This document shows positions 63,716 to 64,000 of a stretch of DNA of 64,000 nt, in pieces. A program made the position numbers and the translations under genes. Below the pieces are notes generated by a model. The model made no database searches, was not told the origin of the DNA, and saw only the letters and a program-made list of their open reading frames with translations. This stretch comes from Desulfatiglandales bacterium (lineage in GTDB: Bacteria; Desulfobacterota; DSM-4660; Desulfatiglandales; Desulfatiglandaceae): positions 6,080,001-6,144,000 of the forward strand of contig OY759599.1 of assembly GCA_963662465.1 (NCBI GenBank), given 5' to 3'. Numbering within the stretch: the stretch's first letter is position 1; each line of letters begins with the position of its first letter.

Positions 63716-64000
63716 CTACCATCCTTCCGTGGACAACTGGGGCATATCCGGCACCTTGATCCATTTGTTGAAATGGAAGGTGTATGAACCCGTCTTAGTG
63801 GGTTTTATCTTCTTATAGAGCATGACCCCGTCCTCATCAAGATCCTTGATCACGACGCGTTTGTCTAGAACCGCCGTCCATTTGCCCACATAGAGGAACG
63901 TATAGGGTTGTTCCCAGGCGATGATTTTATGAAGCGCGTGGCAATAGGCCACCTGTTTTTCGTGATCATATTCCCCGCGGATTTTGACGATCAGGTCATC
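63716..64000 (-). CDS. Peptide ABC substrate-binding protein, C-terminal part (runs off the window)
   Basis: ...YCHALHKIIAWEQPYTFLY, directly upstream of the OppB-like gene. Confidence 0.8.
   Translation of the reverse strand, partial: DDLIVKIRGEYDHEKQVAYCHALHKIIAWEQPYTFLYVGKWTAVLDKRVVIKDLDEDGVMLYKKIKPTKTGSYTFHFNKWIKVPDMPQLSTEGW

Overview
64 kb of chromosome, most likely from a sulfate-reducing Desulfobacterota (inferred from qrcABCD, single-chain PFOR and multiheme cytochromes). The backbone is housekeeping: lepB, por/nifJ, surE, two PilT-family ATPases, panB-panE, recN, rlmD, rpsU, qrcABCD, moeA/moeA-PBP/modE-like/mobB, tolQRAB, purC, tRNA-Arg(CCG), tRNA-Gln(CTG) and an Opp/Dpp ABC transporter. 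There are two accessory zones. (1) About 38.5-50.5 kb is a decayed tRNA-Arg-anchored integrative, phage-satellite-like element. Its tyrosine integrase is split by an apparently intact 4,725-bp IS21-related transposon with an 8-bp target duplication (CTTTACAC). This transposon has non-canonical CTT...AAG ends and carries Zn-finger, wHTH and ParB-like genes in an apparent operon with istA/istB; a perfect 20-bp palindrome lies inside the parB-like gene. It is the best candidate for an undescribed system. (2) About 52.6-54.7 kb is a relic integron (truncated intI, attI-like site, RAYT and YhcG fragments) abutting two multiheme cytochrome genes. Other signals are a possible leader-peptide attenuator upstream of rpsU, a 54-aa membrane ORF after qrcD, a terminator in the panB leader, a 76-bp MITE-like repeat present twice, and GTAG-type REPs. 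All calls come from reading motifs by eye; no searches were run.
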